The notes: generated by a model from the sequence alone, not told the origin. 43,407 nt of DNA from an uncultured Clostridia bacterium (GCA_944393475.1 CALYAI010000001.1:1-43407), one strand, 5' to 3'; shown: positions 1 to 10,058, numbered from the stretch's first letter. Program-made: numbers and translations.

Positions 1-77
<77 letters not shown>

Positions 78-78
78 G

Positions 79-107
79 GCACAGTATTTTCTACTGTGCT
101 ATTTTTT
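79..107 (+). terminator. Rho-independent terminator after the tRNA
   Basis: 8-bp stem GCACAGTA (79-86) / TACTGTGC (92-99), 5-nt loop, then T-run 102-107. Confidence 0.7.
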
Positions 108-144
108 ATGTTATAGTATCATAGAAAAAAAATTAAAAAATTAA

Positions 145-173
145 TTTACACTAAATTACATTTATGATATATT
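145..173 (+). promoter_or_regulatory. Putative sigma-A promoter for the nuclease/ATPase operon
   Basis: TTTACA (145-150), 17-nt spacer, TATATT (168-173). It overlaps the ORF-track start at 164, which argues for the ATG at 206. Confidence 0.45.
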
Positions 174-205
174 ATTCAAAACAAATGTTTACAAAGGAGG
201 AAACA

Positions 206-1270
206 ATGAAATTTGTACATATAGCTGATATGCATTTTGATAGCCCTTTTACGAACTTAGGAAGAATAGAAGGATTAGCAGATATACGTAGATTGGAACA
301 AAGGAAAGCGTTTAAAAAAGTAATTGAATATATAAGTGAGAACAATATAGATTTTTTATTTATTTCTGGAGACCTATACGAAAATGATTATGTAAGACAA
401 AGTACAATTGAATATATAAATAATTTATTTAAGACAATACCAAATACAAAAATATATATTGCTCCAGGAAATCATGATCCATATTTAATAAATTCATATT
501 ACATGAAATATAATTGGAACAAAAATGTACATATATTTAATTATAAATTAGAGAAAATAGAGATGGACGAAATAGATATATATGGATATGGATTTAGCAG
601 TTTTTATTCTGAAGGAATTAATTTAAATAATATTAATTTAAATGAAGAAAAAAATAATATATTAATAATGCATGCAGATTTAGATGCATCTAAAGAAAGT
701 GGAGAACTATATAATCCAGTGTCTACAAAGGAGCTATTAAAATTTGACTATGTAGCACTTGGACATATTCATAAACCAAAATATGATAATAAAATTGTAT
801 ACCCTGGGTCTACTATAGCATTTGGATTTGACGAACTTGGAAAACATGGCTTTATTGCAGGTGAGATAAATAATAAAGAAATAAATATTGAATTTATTCC
901 AATTGATGAAAGAGAATTTGTAGAAATTAACTTTGATATATCAGAAATAAATTCAAAAGAAGAAATGGTAGAAAATATACAAGAACTAAAATTAAATAAA
1001 AATAATTTATATAAGATAAATTTAATTGGAAAAAGAAATTTTGAAATTAATTTAATAGAAATAAATAAATTAATTCAAAATAATAATATTTTAAAAATTA
1101 AAGATAAATCTGAAATAAAATTAAATTTAGAAAAAATAAAAAATGAAAATAGTTTAAGAGGAATATATGTAAAATTATTATTAAATAAAATAGAAGAATT
1201 AAATAATGACGAAGAAAAAAATAAATATTTAAAAGCGATAGAGATTGGATTGGATTCTTTAAAAAATTAA
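206..1270 (+). CDS. Mre11/SbcD-family metallophosphoesterase (DNA repair exonuclease subunit, YhaO/SbcD-like)
   Basis: Start moved to the ATG at 206, 6 nt after AAAGGAGG. Calcineurin-like phosphoesterase motifs are in order: HIADMHFD, ISGDLYE, APGNHD, IMHADL, ALGHIHKP. Confidence 0.85.
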   Translation: MKFVHIADMHFDSPFTNLGRIEGLADIRRLEQRKAFKKVIEYISENNIDFLFISGDLYENDYVRQSTIEYINNLFKTIPNTKIYIAPGNHDPYLINSYYMKYNWNKNVHIFNYKLEKIEMDEIDIYGYGFSSFYSEGINLNNINLNEEKNNILIMHADLDASKESGELYNPVSTKELLKFDYVALGHIHKPKYDNKIVYPGSTIAFGFDELGKHGFIAGEINNKEINIEFIPIDEREFVEINFDISEINSKEEMVENIQELKLNKNNLYKINLIGKRNFEINLIEINKLIQNNNILKIKDKSEIKLNLEKIKNENSLRGIYVKLLLNKIEELNNDEEKNKYLKAIEIGLDSLKN

Positions 1271-1294
1271 TTCTAAAATACGTAGGAGGAAAAA

Positions 1295-3142
1295 TTGAAA
1301 ATAGAAAAAATACAAATAAATGGATTTGGAAAACTGGAAAATAAGGAAATAGAATTAACAGATGGAATTAATATAATCTTAGGGAGAAATGAAAGTGGTA
1401 AATCTACATTACTAAAATTTATTAATAGTATGTTATATGGTATTTCTAAAAATAAAAGAGGAAAAATTATTTCAGATCAAGAAAAATACAAACCATGGAA
1501 TACAGAACAATATTCTGGAAAAATAAAATATAAATTAGATGATAAAAAAGAATATGAAATATATCGTGATTTTAAAAATAGAGAATTAAAAATATTTAAT
1601 AATTTTGGTGATGATTTAACTCCATTATTTAATGTAGAAAAAAATAAAGAAATTCCATTTTTTTACGAACAAACAAAAATTGATGAAGATTTATTTTTAA
1701 ATAGTACAGAGATAGTCCAAAATGAAATTAAAATAGATAAAATAAATCAAAATTTAATTATACAAAAATTATCCAATTTAGCATCAACCGGTAATGACAA
1801 TACTTCTTATAAAAAAACTATGGATAAATTAAATAAAAAACAATTAGAAGAAATTGGTACGGACCGTAGCCAAGACAGACCAATAAATAAAATAATAAAT
1901 AAATTAAATAAATTAAAAAATGAAAAAAATGAATTGGAAAAATATGAAGACGAAAAATACGAAATAGAAAATAAAAATAATTTAATTAAAAATAATTTAA
2001 ATGAATTAAATAATAATTTAGAATTTTTAAATAAATTAAATAAAATAAAAAATATTTATTTAGAAGAAAAAAATAAAATAAAAATAAATAAAGAAATAAT
2101 AGAAGAATATAATAAAAAAATAAATAATTTGGAAAATGAAAAAAACAAAATAAATAATTTAAAAAATAAATTTAAAAAAATAAAAATAAATAAATATATT
2201 TTTATAGAATTAATTTTATTAATTATTTTTATTTTAATTAATTTAAAAATAAAAAACAATTTATTTTATTTATTATTTATCTTCTTATTAGTTCCGATAG
2301 TAATTTATTTTTATAAAAAAAATAAATTAAATAATAAATATAAAAAAGAAATTATTTTTAATTTAGAAAAAATAAAAAATGAAATTAATTTATTAAACGA
2401 AAATAAAAAAGAAAAAATAAATGAATTAAATAATTTAGAAAAAGAAATAGAAAATAAAATAAAAAATGAATTAATTAAAAATAATATTAATTTAATTAAT
2501 TATGAAAAAATAATTTCTAATAATGAAATAGAAGAAAAAATAAATTTAATAAAAAAGGAAATAAATGAAAATGAATTAGAAAAACATAAATTAAATTTGG
2601 ATAAAGAAAATATTTTTCCAAAAATAGATAAATTAGCAAATGTTGAAGAAGAATTAGAATATTCTTTAGAAGAATATAATGAATTAAAAAATAATAGTGA
2701 AATAATAAATATTGCAAAAGAATATTTGGAAAAAGCATATAAAGAAATGAAAGAAAATGTAACACCAAGATTTTCCGAGGAACTGTCTAATACAATATTA
2801 AAAATATCAAATGGTAAATATAATAATATAAAGGTTTTAGATAACGACATCATGGTAGAAGTAGAAAGTGGAAATTATGTTTCTGTAAGCCTTTTAAGCG
2901 TAGGAACAATTGACCAACTATATTTTGCTCTAAGAATGGCAATACTAAAAGAAATAACACAAGAAAGCTTACCAATATTCTTGGATGAATCATTTGTATT
3001 TTTTGATAAGTCTAGATTAGTAAACACTCTAGAATATTTAAAAGACGATTGCGATAATCAAATAATAATTTTTTCATGTACGGAAAGGGAAATAGAGATA
3101 TTGCAAGAGCTAGACATTGAATATAACTTAATAAGAATGTAA
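1295..3142 (+). CDS. SMC/SbcC-like AAA ATPase (YhaN-like) with a central coiled coil interrupted by two hydrophobic helices
   Basis: TTG start 5 nt after AGGAGG. Walker A is GRNESGKST. C-terminal signature-like LSVGTIDQL and Walker B PIFLDESFVFFD are present. The middle is Asn/Lys/Glu-rich heptad-like sequence. There is no CxxC hook. A hydrophobic hairpin sits at aa 301-340. Confidence 0.8.
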   Translation: MKIEKIQINGFGKLENKEIELTDGINIILGRNESGKSTLLKFINSMLYGISKNKRGKIISDQEKYKPWNTEQYSGKIKYKLDDKKEYEIYRDFKNRELKIFNNFGDDLTPLFNVEKNKEIPFFYEQTKIDEDLFLNSTEIVQNEIKIDKINQNLIIQKLSNLASTGNDNTSYKKTMDKLNKKQLEEIGTDRSQDRPINKIINKLNKLKNEKNELEKYEDEKYEIENKNNLIKNNLNELNNNLEFLNKLNKIKNIYLEEKNKIKINKEIIEEYNKKINNLENEKNKINNLKNKFKKIKINKYIFIELILLIIFILINLKIKNNLFYLLFIFLLVPIVIYFYKKNKLNNKYKKEIIFNLEKIKNEINLLNENKKEKINELNNLEKEIENKIKNELIKNNINLINYEKIISNNEIEEKINLIKKEINENELEKHKLNLDKENIFPKIDKLANVEEELEYSLEEYNELKNNSEIINIAKEYLEKAYKEMKENVTPRFSEELSNTILKISNGKYNNIKVLDNDIMVEVESGNYVSVSLLSVGTIDQLYFALRMAILKEITQESLPIFLDESFVFFDKSRLVNTLEYLKDDCDNQIIIFSCTEREIEILQELDIEYNLIRM

Positions 3143-3167
3143 ATCCTATAGAAATATAGGATTTTTT
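3142..3167 (+). terminator. Rho-independent terminator
   Basis: AATCCTATA / TATAGGATT 9-bp stem, GAAA loop, then T-run. It overlaps the stop codon of the ATPase gene. Confidence 0.75.
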
Positions 3168-3340
3168 ATCTAATAAAATTAAAGTAAAAGAATATCATTA
3201 AATTAAGACAAAATCTTGTAATTTCTACGGATATATAATAAAATAATAAACGTAAAATAACGATTATAAATACAAAAGCTAAAATAGATAATAAATATAT
3301 CACAAATTGTAAAAAACTTTTTTAATATACATTACTTAAA

Positions 3341-3368
3341 ATGACAAAAAAAGTTAATACAATATAAT
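3341..3368 (+). promoter_or_regulatory. Possible spoIIE promoter
   Basis: ATGACA, 16-nt spacer, TATAAT (3363-3368), about 40 nt upstream of the spoIIE ATG. No convincing Spo0A box (TGNCGAA) was seen. Confidence 0.3.
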
Positions 3369-3409
3369 AAAATAAGACCTATATTAAAGAAGTTATGAGG
3401 TGGTAAAGG

Positions 3410-5875
3410 ATGTTTCAAAATATTAGTGCTTCTACAGATTATATTGAAGACAGCAAAATAAACGAAAAAAATAATTTTAGAAGAAGTTTTATTAAACAGA
3501 ATTTTTCTAAACAGTCTATTTTAATTTATATACTAACATTAATGGTTTCTATGGTACAGTTTGGCAATGGCTTAGCTCCATTTGCAATAGCATTAATTGC
3601 AGCAACAGCAGCTAATAATATACCAATATTAATTCCATTTGTATTAACTTGTATAGGAACATTAATTGGATTCGGAGGAACAGGATTACTAACATATATT
3701 TTAACAAGTTTGGTGTTTATGGCTATATCAATATTTGCATTCCCTAAGGTTGATCCAGAAACTGAGCAGAAAAATTTGATGCCACATCTAATAATTGCTA
3801 CATTTATTGTACAAGTTGTTAAAATTTTATTCGGACCGGTATTAATTTATGATATATTTTCTGCAATATTATTAACAATATTAACAGGAATTTTTTATAA
3901 AATTTTTAAGAGTTCGATTTCAGTAATAAAGGATTCAAAAACAAAAAAAGCTTTTTCGATCGAAGAAGTCATTGGGACAAGTTTATTAATTGCAATTGCA
4001 GTATCTGCATTTAAGGAGCTTACAATATTCGGATATTCAATTAGAAATATTTTAAGTGTTTTAATTGTTCTAATATTGGGATGGCAAAATGGAGTTTTAG
4101 TAGGAGCAACATCTGGAGTAACAATAGGTGTAGTAATTGCTATAATTCAAAATGGTGATCCAATGCAAATTGCGGCATTTGCAATCTCTGGTATGATTGC
4201 TGGACTTTTAAACAAGATTGGTAAGATAGGAGTTATAATTGGATTTATTTTAGGAAATATAATTTTAAGTTATGCTGCTAACGGAAATGTACATTCTATT
4301 ATTATGGTACAAGAAATTTTAATTGCAGCAATTGGTTTACTTGCAATGCCAAAGAATGCAAGAATAAATATAGAAGATTTAATGCCAAATGTTAAGTATT
4401 TACCAAAAGCACCAGAAAACAGATTGGAACAAAAAGAAGATATGATATATAGATTAAACAATGTTTCTGATGCAATTTCTGAAATGGCAAATACATATAA
4501 AGAATCAGCTGTAGATGGTGAGCAATATAATAGGAACAAAGAAATATTTATAACAGAGTTAGAAAATAATATATCAAATTTAAAAGATAATGTTTTATAT
4601 GATGACTTAATTGATGATGAATCACCAATATTGGAGGATGTTTTTAAATTATTAACAGAAAAAACGGAGATTACGAAAAAAGAATTATTAAAAATATTTG
4701 AAAATCATAATAATTATATTTTAGGATTTGATGATTCAGAAATTAGTAATAGATTAGAAAATGAAATTGAAGAAATGGTAAAAGCCATAAATAATTCATA
4801 TAGAATTAGCAAAATAAATTTTATATGGAAGAAAAAAATAGAAGAAAATAAAGAAGCAATGGTAAACCAATTAGATGGTATATCAAAGACAATATCAAAT
4901 TTGGCTGAAGATATTAATAAAACAAACACAAATAAGGATAACGAAGAAGAGGAAATACTAAAGCTTTTAGAACAAAAGAAAATAGAAATTAAAGAGCTAA
5001 AAATAAATAAAGAAAAAAATGGAAAAATAGAAATAGGAATATATACAAAACCATGTGAAGACTATAGTAGCAAAAACTTAGAAATAGAAGAATGTATATC
5101 CGACAAAATAAAACAAGTAATTGCAAAGTTTTATAAACAAGAATTTGATGTTCAAATTGTTGATTGTGCAATGCAAAAAGCAAATGATATATGCTATTTT
5201 AAATATGTAAGCAAAAATAAATATAAATTACAAATAGGTCTTGCAAAAGCAAAAAAAGATGGAAGTTCAGTATCTGGAGACACCACATTAAAAATGAAAT
5301 TAGAAGATGGAAAACAAGTAATTGCAATAAGTGATGGAATGGGTTCTGGACCAAATGCAAGAAAAAGTAGCAAAATAGCAATACAAATGCTAAAAAGATT
5401 GCTTAAATCAGGATTTAACAAAGAGACATCATTGGATATGATAAATTCTAGCATGTGTTTGAATTCAGAAGATGATTCTTATGCAACACTGGATATAGCA
5501 ATATTTGATTTGTACGAAGGTAATGTAGAATTCATTAAAAATGGTGCATCACCTACGTATATAAAGAATAGAAGACATGTTGATATAATAAAAAATATTA
5601 CTCTTCCAGCAGGTATTTTAAATAATATAGAATTAAAAATTTCAGATAGGGATATGGAAGAAAATGAAATATTGGTAATGTGTAGTGATGGTATTGTTGA
5701 ATCAAATGCAGAATATGAAAATAAAGAATTATGGTTAAAATATTTATTAGAACAAATGGAGACACAGAATGTGCAAAAAATGGCTGATATTATTCTATCA
5801 GAAGCAATAGATAATAATTACGGAACACCTAAAGACGATATGACAATAATCGTATGTAAGATAGTAAAAAATTAG
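3410..5875 (+). CDS. spoIIE: Stage II sporulation protein E (SpoIIE), membrane PP2C serine phosphatase
   Basis: SD GAGGTGG precedes the start. About 10 N-terminal TM helices, a central regulatory region, and a C-terminal PP2C domain (VSGDT, IAISDGMGSGPNA, MCSDGI, DDMTIIVCKI). At 821 aa, size and architecture are typical. Confidence 0.9.
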   Translation: MFQNISASTDYIEDSKINEKNNFRRSFIKQNFSKQSILIYILTLMVSMVQFGNGLAPFAIALIAATAANNIPILIPFVLTCIGTLIGFGGTGLLTYILTSLVFMAISIFAFPKVDPETEQKNLMPHLIIATFIVQVVKILFGPVLIYDIFSAILLTILTGIFYKIFKSSISVIKDSKTKKAFSIEEVIGTSLLIAIAVSAFKELTIFGYSIRNILSVLIVLILGWQNGVLVGATSGVTIGVVIAIIQNGDPMQIAAFAISGMIAGLLNKIGKIGVIIGFILGNIILSYAANGNVHSIIMVQEILIAAIGLLAMPKNARINIEDLMPNVKYLPKAPENRLEQKEDMIYRLNNVSDAISEMANTYKESAVDGEQYNRNKEIFITELENNISNLKDNVLYDDLIDDESPILEDVFKLLTEKTEITKKELLKIFENHNNYILGFDDSEISNRLENEIEEMVKAINNSYRISKINFIWKKKIEENKEAMVNQLDGISKTISNLAEDINKTNTNKDNEEEEILKLLEQKKIEIKELKINKEKNGKIEIGIYTKPCEDYSSKNLEIEECISDKIKQVIAKFYKQEFDVQIVDCAMQKANDICYFKYVSKNKYKLQIGLAKAKKDGSSVSGDTTLKMKLEDGKQVIAISDGMGSGPNARKSSKIAIQMLKRLLKSGFNKETSLDMINSSMCLNSEDDSYATLDIAIFDLYEGNVEFIKNGASPTYIKNRRHVDIIKNITLPAGILNNIELKISDRDMEENEILVMCSDGIVESNAEYENKELWLKYLLEQMETQNVQKMADIILSEAIDNNYGTPKDDMTIIVCKIVKN

Positions 5876-5925
5876 TTGTAATTTGTATTAAGAATGTGGT
5901 ATATTGTATTTACGGAGGAAATAAT

Positions 5926-7449
5926 ATGAGTAGAGGCAAGAGGTATAATGGAGAAGCAAAATTAAATATGAAAAAAGTTCTTGCAGTTGTTGTAGCACTT
6001 TTAGTAATAGTAATGTTTGTTTTTGTTATATATAAATTAGTTTCAAATGGTAGTGGTCAGAGGATGACAAATGACTATTATTTTACATCTTTTAAAGACA
6101 ATAAATATGGAGTTATTAATAACAAAGGAGAAGAAATAATAGCACCATCCTACCAAGAATATATTGTAATTCCAAACAATAAAACAGATATATTCTTATG
6201 TACATATGATGTGGATTATACAAATAACACATATAAAACAAAAGCTTTAAATTCTAAGAACAAAGAAATATTTACAGATTATGAAAATATAGAGCCAATA
6301 GCAAATTATGATTCTAAAAACACTATTTCTTATGAGCAAAATGCTATAAAAGTTCAAAAAGATGGAAAATATGGAATGATAGATATAACTGGAAAAGAAA
6401 TTCTTCCATGCGAATATGATGAACTATATTCATTAAAAAATACGGATAATAGTATTATAGTTGTTAAAGATGGTAAAAAAGGACTAGTAGATAGTACAGG
6501 AAAGAAGATAATAGAGCCACAATATAAGGAAATTAGAGGATTGGGAACAGATTATAAATTAGGTTATGTTGTAATAACAGAAGACGATACTTACGGAATT
6601 GTGGATTGTAATAACCAACCTGTATTAGAAGCAAAATATCAAGATATAAAAAGTATTGCAGAAAATGGAATATATGCAGTAAAAGAAAACAATGATTGGG
6701 AATTAGTAAAGAAAAATGGAGAGATTCAACTAGATACAGGATTAGAAGAAGTACAAGATATATTAGGAATAAAAAACGGAAATGTTATAGTAAAAAATGC
6801 AAACAACAAAGTTGGTGTTGTTTCGACAGTTGGAGAGACAATATTAAATATGGTATATGATGATGTAAAACCAGCATTTCAAGATACATTTATAATTATG
6901 CAAAATGGTAAATATGGAGTTGCTAAAAAAGGCGACGAATTAGTATTAAATCCAACATATACTACAATGAATTATGTGGATACAGCTGACATAATAGAAG
7001 CAAGTGAAGACGGAATTACATCAAATTTATTAGATGCTAATTTAGAGACTAAGTTAACAGGAATTGTTTTAGAAATTAATACATTAAAAGGATATATTAA
7101 AATAAGACAGGACAATGAAGATAAATATTATAATTTTAAATTCGAAGAAAAATCAGAAAGAGATATAAATGCAGGAAATACACTATTCTTAGACAAAAAG
7201 GATAATAAATATGGATATGTAGACAAAAACGGAAAAGTGGTAGTTGATTACATATATGATGATGCAAAAGAGCAAAATGCGTACGGATATGCTGCTGTTC
7301 AAAAAGATGGAAAATGGGGAGCAATAAACGAAAAAGGTGAAGAAATTGTTAGCCCACAATATGATTTTACAAATAATTTAAATATAGACTTTATAGGTGA
7401 ATGGCATCTAGGAAGTATAGATTCTAATGCAGTATATTATACAAAATAA
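5926..7449 (+). CDS. Membrane-anchored WG-repeat (KWG-like) beta-propeller-type repeat protein
   Basis: Start moved to the ATG at 5926, 3 nt after the GGAGG core of an ACGGAGGAAA SD. One N-terminal TM (VLAVVVALLVIVMFVFVIY). More than 8 copies of a repeat of the form [K/D]GKYG-hID-x-G-K/E-x-hh-x-P-x-Y, for example DGKYGMIDITGKEILPCEYDEL and KDGKWGAINEKGEEIVSPQYDF. Confidence 0.8.
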   Translation: MSRGKRYNGEAKLNMKKVLAVVVALLVIVMFVFVIYKLVSNGSGQRMTNDYYFTSFKDNKYGVINNKGEEIIAPSYQEYIVIPNNKTDIFLCTYDVDYTNNTYKTKALNSKNKEIFTDYENIEPIANYDSKNTISYEQNAIKVQKDGKYGMIDITGKEILPCEYDELYSLKNTDNSIIVVKDGKKGLVDSTGKKIIEPQYKEIRGLGTDYKLGYVVITEDDTYGIVDCNNQPVLEAKYQDIKSIAENGIYAVKENNDWELVKKNGEIQLDTGLEEVQDILGIKNGNVIVKNANNKVGVVSTVGETILNMVYDDVKPAFQDTFIIMQNGKYGVAKKGDELVLNPTYTTMNYVDTADIIEASEDGITSNLLDANLETKLTGIVLEINTLKGYIKIRQDNEDKYYNFKFEEKSERDINAGNTLFLDKKDNKYGYVDKNGKVVVDYIYDDAKEQNAYGYAAVQKDGKWGAINEKGEEIVSPQYDFTNNLNIDFIGEWHLGSIDSNAVYYTK

Positions 7450-7474
7450 ATTTTAACAAAAGAGGTAGAAGTAA

Positions 7475-8710
7475 ATGGAACTAAAGACAAGGTATCAATA
7501 TACTTATTTTATATACCCTTATATAATTGAGGAAGATAGCTACGAAAAATATTTGCAAAATTTACTGCACAACGATAGATGCAAACTAAGAATCTTCGAA
7601 AAACAAAGGGATTTGGATATATATAATAAGTTTTTGCCAAAACTAAAAAGATTTATGTTTCCAACTTTTGATTTTTCAGAAGCAAAAAGAAAAAAATTTC
7701 AAGAGTTTGACGAGACTATTCAAGCCAAGATATTAGCGAAACATACTTGTGCTATATTTGAATATGACTTAAATAAAAGTATTCAAGGAAAAGCTGGCAG
7801 AGATGAAGGAATATTTTTTAGAATAGATAAGATAGAAATAATATGTTTTTCTACTGGAGAATGTTTTATTTCTATGAAAACCCTAATAGAAGATTTGGAT
7901 AAATTTGATGATGTATTAAACTTTAATTATAAATTTAAGGATATAAAATCAGAATTTATTTCTATGAAGCAATTTGATAATATAAAAATACAGGCAAATA
8001 CATTTGATACAATTCAAAAAATAACAGATTTAGTAAATGAATTAGTTAGTGATAATGAAGAAAAATTTAATATAGATACAAATAGATTTTTAACATTTTC
8101 ATATGCATGCATAGACCAAGAATATTGGAATAAAAATAGGAGCTTCGAAGAAATAAAACATCAATTTTATAAATATTCAAATGTATTACCTAGCAATTAT
8201 AATTTAAATGTAAAACTTGATAAACCAGAAAAACAAGTAGATATATTGGATAAATGGGAATTTATTAAATTCGGTTTTTCTAACCAATCAACAGTATTAT
8301 TTACATCTGGGGTAGATACATTTAACTATACGAAATTACCATTTTTATATGAAAAAGTATATATTTATATGTACATATTGCAATTATATAAGAAGTTCCA
8401 TATACAAAAATTAATAGAAGAATATAAAACAGCTACAAAAGTAAAAAGCTTAAGAAAAGAGTTTTTAAACTTTACACAAAATATATGGACACAAGAAATT
8501 ACAACTGACAATATTGGTGTAATGTTGTGCAATAGTTGGGCAAAGAAATTGGATCTAGAAAAAACATATTGGAGATTAAAAAACGAATATGATATTTTAT
8601 ACAAAGAAGCAAATATCGAGAAAACAGCAAAAAGCAATAAGATAATAATGATTGTACTAATAACTTCATTGATATTAAATATAATAAACTTTGTAATTTT
8701 GCTAAAATAG
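7475..8710 (+). CDS. Hypothetical protein with a single C-terminal TM helix (architecture reminiscent of RMD1/DUF155 or CorA-like soluble domain plus membrane tail)
   Basis: SD AGAGGT. 411 aa ORF with ordinary coding composition. C-terminal IIMIVLITSLILNIINFVILL follows long helical segments. No family motif that I can name with certainty. Confidence 0.65.
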   Translation: MELKTRYQYTYFIYPYIIEEDSYEKYLQNLLHNDRCKLRIFEKQRDLDIYNKFLPKLKRFMFPTFDFSEAKRKKFQEFDETIQAKILAKHTCAIFEYDLNKSIQGKAGRDEGIFFRIDKIEIICFSTGECFISMKTLIEDLDKFDDVLNFNYKFKDIKSEFISMKQFDNIKIQANTFDTIQKITDLVNELVSDNEEKFNIDTNRFLTFSYACIDQEYWNKNRSFEEIKHQFYKYSNVLPSNYNLNVKLDKPEKQVDILDKWEFIKFGFSNQSTVLFTSGVDTFNYTKLPFLYEKVYIYMYILQLYKKFHIQKLIEEYKTATKVKSLRKEFLNFTQNIWTQEITTDNIGVMLCNSWAKKLDLEKTYWRLKNEYDILYKEANIEKTAKSNKIIMIVLITSLILNIINFVILLK

Positions 8711-8713
8711 GAA

Positions 8714-8755
8714 AATAGGGATAAGGGGACATTCCTTAAAATCCCTATTTTTTAT
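8714..8755 (+). terminator. Rho-independent terminator ending the spoIIE-linked unit
   Basis: AATAGGGAT (8714-8722) / ATCCCTATT (8741-8749), with an inner AAGG/CCTT stem, followed by a T-run. Confidence 0.7.
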
Positions 8756-8778
8756 TATATATGGAAAGGAATAAAAGA

Positions 8779-9168
8779 ATGCAAAAGTGTGGAACAGATA
8801 TAATAGAAATATCTAGGATTAAAGATGGGATAGAGAGACTTGGGCAAGCATTTAAAAATAGAATATATACGGAGAAGGAAATTGAATATTGTGAAAGTAA
8901 AAATGTTCAAAAATATCAAAGCTATGCAGGAAGATTTGCCGCCAAAGAAGCAATTTTTAAGGCTTTATCGGATATAATAGAAGACAAATACAAAATAAAA
9001 TGGACTGATTTAGAGATAGTAAATAATAAGTCTGGTAAACCAGTTGTGCATATAAATACAAATATAATACCAAAAGAAAAAATAAAAAGTATTAATATAA
9101 GTATTTCACATTGCAAAGATTATTCAATTGCGATGTGTGTTGCAGATCTTGAATTTAACACAAAATAG
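8779..9168 (+). CDS. acpS: Holo-[acyl-carrier-protein] synthase (4'-phosphopantetheinyl transferase)
   Basis: Start moved to the ATG at 8779 (MQKCGTDIIEISRI), downstream of GGAAAGGA. Motifs GTDIIEISRI, FAAKEAIFKAL and ISISHCKDYSIAM. About 130 aa. Confidence 0.85.
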   Translation: MQKCGTDIIEISRIKDGIERLGQAFKNRIYTEKEIEYCESKNVQKYQSYAGRFAAKEAIFKALSDIIEDKYKIKWTDLEIVNNKSGKPVVHINTNIIPKEKIKSINISISHCKDYSIAMCVADLEFNTK

Positions 9169-9188
9169 AAATGAAAGAAGAGGATAAT

Positions 9189-9968
9189 ATGAAGCTGTTT
9201 GATTCACATTGTCATTTGGATGACGAGAGATTTAATGAAGATAGGGAAGAACTAATAAAAAAGCTAAAAGAAGATGGTGTTTATAAACTAGTTACAGCTG
9301 GTTATAGTTTGCAAGGAAGCAGAAATGCTGTTGAACTTTCTAAGAAATATGACTTTATATATGCAACAATAGGTATTTCACCAAATGATGTGCCAGATAC
9401 ACAAGAGGAATTAAATAGGCAAATAGAAGAGCTAAAAGTATTATATAAAAACTATAAAAAGATTGTAGCCGTAGGAGAAATTGGACTGGATTATCATTGG
9501 AATACTGATAACAAGGACATACAGAAGATGGCTTTTATAAAACAAATAGAATTAGCGAATGAACTAAATTTACCAATACAGATTCATACAAGAGAAGCTA
9601 TTATGGATACAATAGAAATATTAAAAAACAACAAAGTAAATAAATATGGGATTTTTCATTGTTGTCCATTTAATAGAGAACTTGTGAAAGAAGGAATTAA
9701 ATTGGGATTTTATATTTCTTTTGCGGGGCCAACAACATTTAAAAATGCAAAAAATGCACCGGAAATAATAAATTTAGTTCCAGAAGATAGATTTTTAGTA
9801 GAAACAGATAGTCCATATCTAGCTCCGGAACCACACAGAGGAACAAGAAATGATCCAAGAAATGTTAAATATATAATAGAAAAAATAGCAGAAGTAAAAG
9901 GGAAATCATTTGAAGAAATACAAAATTTAGCATGTGAAAACGCAAAAAGAATATTTAATATAGAATAA
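9189..9968 (+). CDS. tatD: TatD-family metal-dependent deoxyribonuclease/hydrolase
   Basis: Start moved to the ATG at 9189 after AGAGGA. Motifs FDSHCHLDD, GEIGLDYHW, IHTREA and ETDSPYLAPEPHRGTRNDP. Confidence 0.85.
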   Translation: MKLFDSHCHLDDERFNEDREELIKKLKEDGVYKLVTAGYSLQGSRNAVELSKKYDFIYATIGISPNDVPDTQEELNRQIEELKVLYKNYKKIVAVGEIGLDYHWNTDNKDIQKMAFIKQIELANELNLPIQIHTREAIMDTIEILKNNKVNKYGIFHCCPFNRELVKEGIKLGFYISFAGPTTFKNAKNAPEIINLVPEDRFLVETDSPYLAPEPHRGTRNDPRNVKYIIEKIAEVKGKSFEEIQNLACENAKRIFNIE

Positions 9969-10021
9969 AATGTGGAAAGTTTAAAAATATAAATGAGATA
10001 TCCACAAAAATAAAGACAATT

Positions 10022-10047
10022 AAAGCTTGGTATTTATACCAAGCTTT
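10022..10047. terminator. Bidirectional hairpin between convergent tatD and htpX
   Basis: AAAGCTTGGTA / TACCAAGCTTT 11-bp stem with TTTA loop, and A/T runs on both sides. Confidence 0.7.
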
Positions 10048-10058
10048 ATATTTTAAAA

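Noticed and set aside
164-205. N-terminal extensions in the ORF track (starts at 164, 5896, 8761, 9171, 11855, 17951, 22898, 30266 and 35098)
   Set aside because: In most cases a downstream start has a proper SD and restores the canonical family N-terminus, for example MKFVHIADMHFD and MRFEKLSNDKIRI. Several extended starts also fall inside the predicted promoter or upstream of the TSS. The pcrA case (17951 versus 18011) has no SD at the ATG and is discussed in a finding.
2056-2853. Minus-strand ORFs (67, 117 and 83 aa) inside the ATPase gene
   Set aside because: They are antisense to a gene with clear Walker motifs. They are Phe/Leu/Ile/Ser-rich, as expected when Lys/Asn/Glu-rich coding DNA is read backwards. 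No SD is present.
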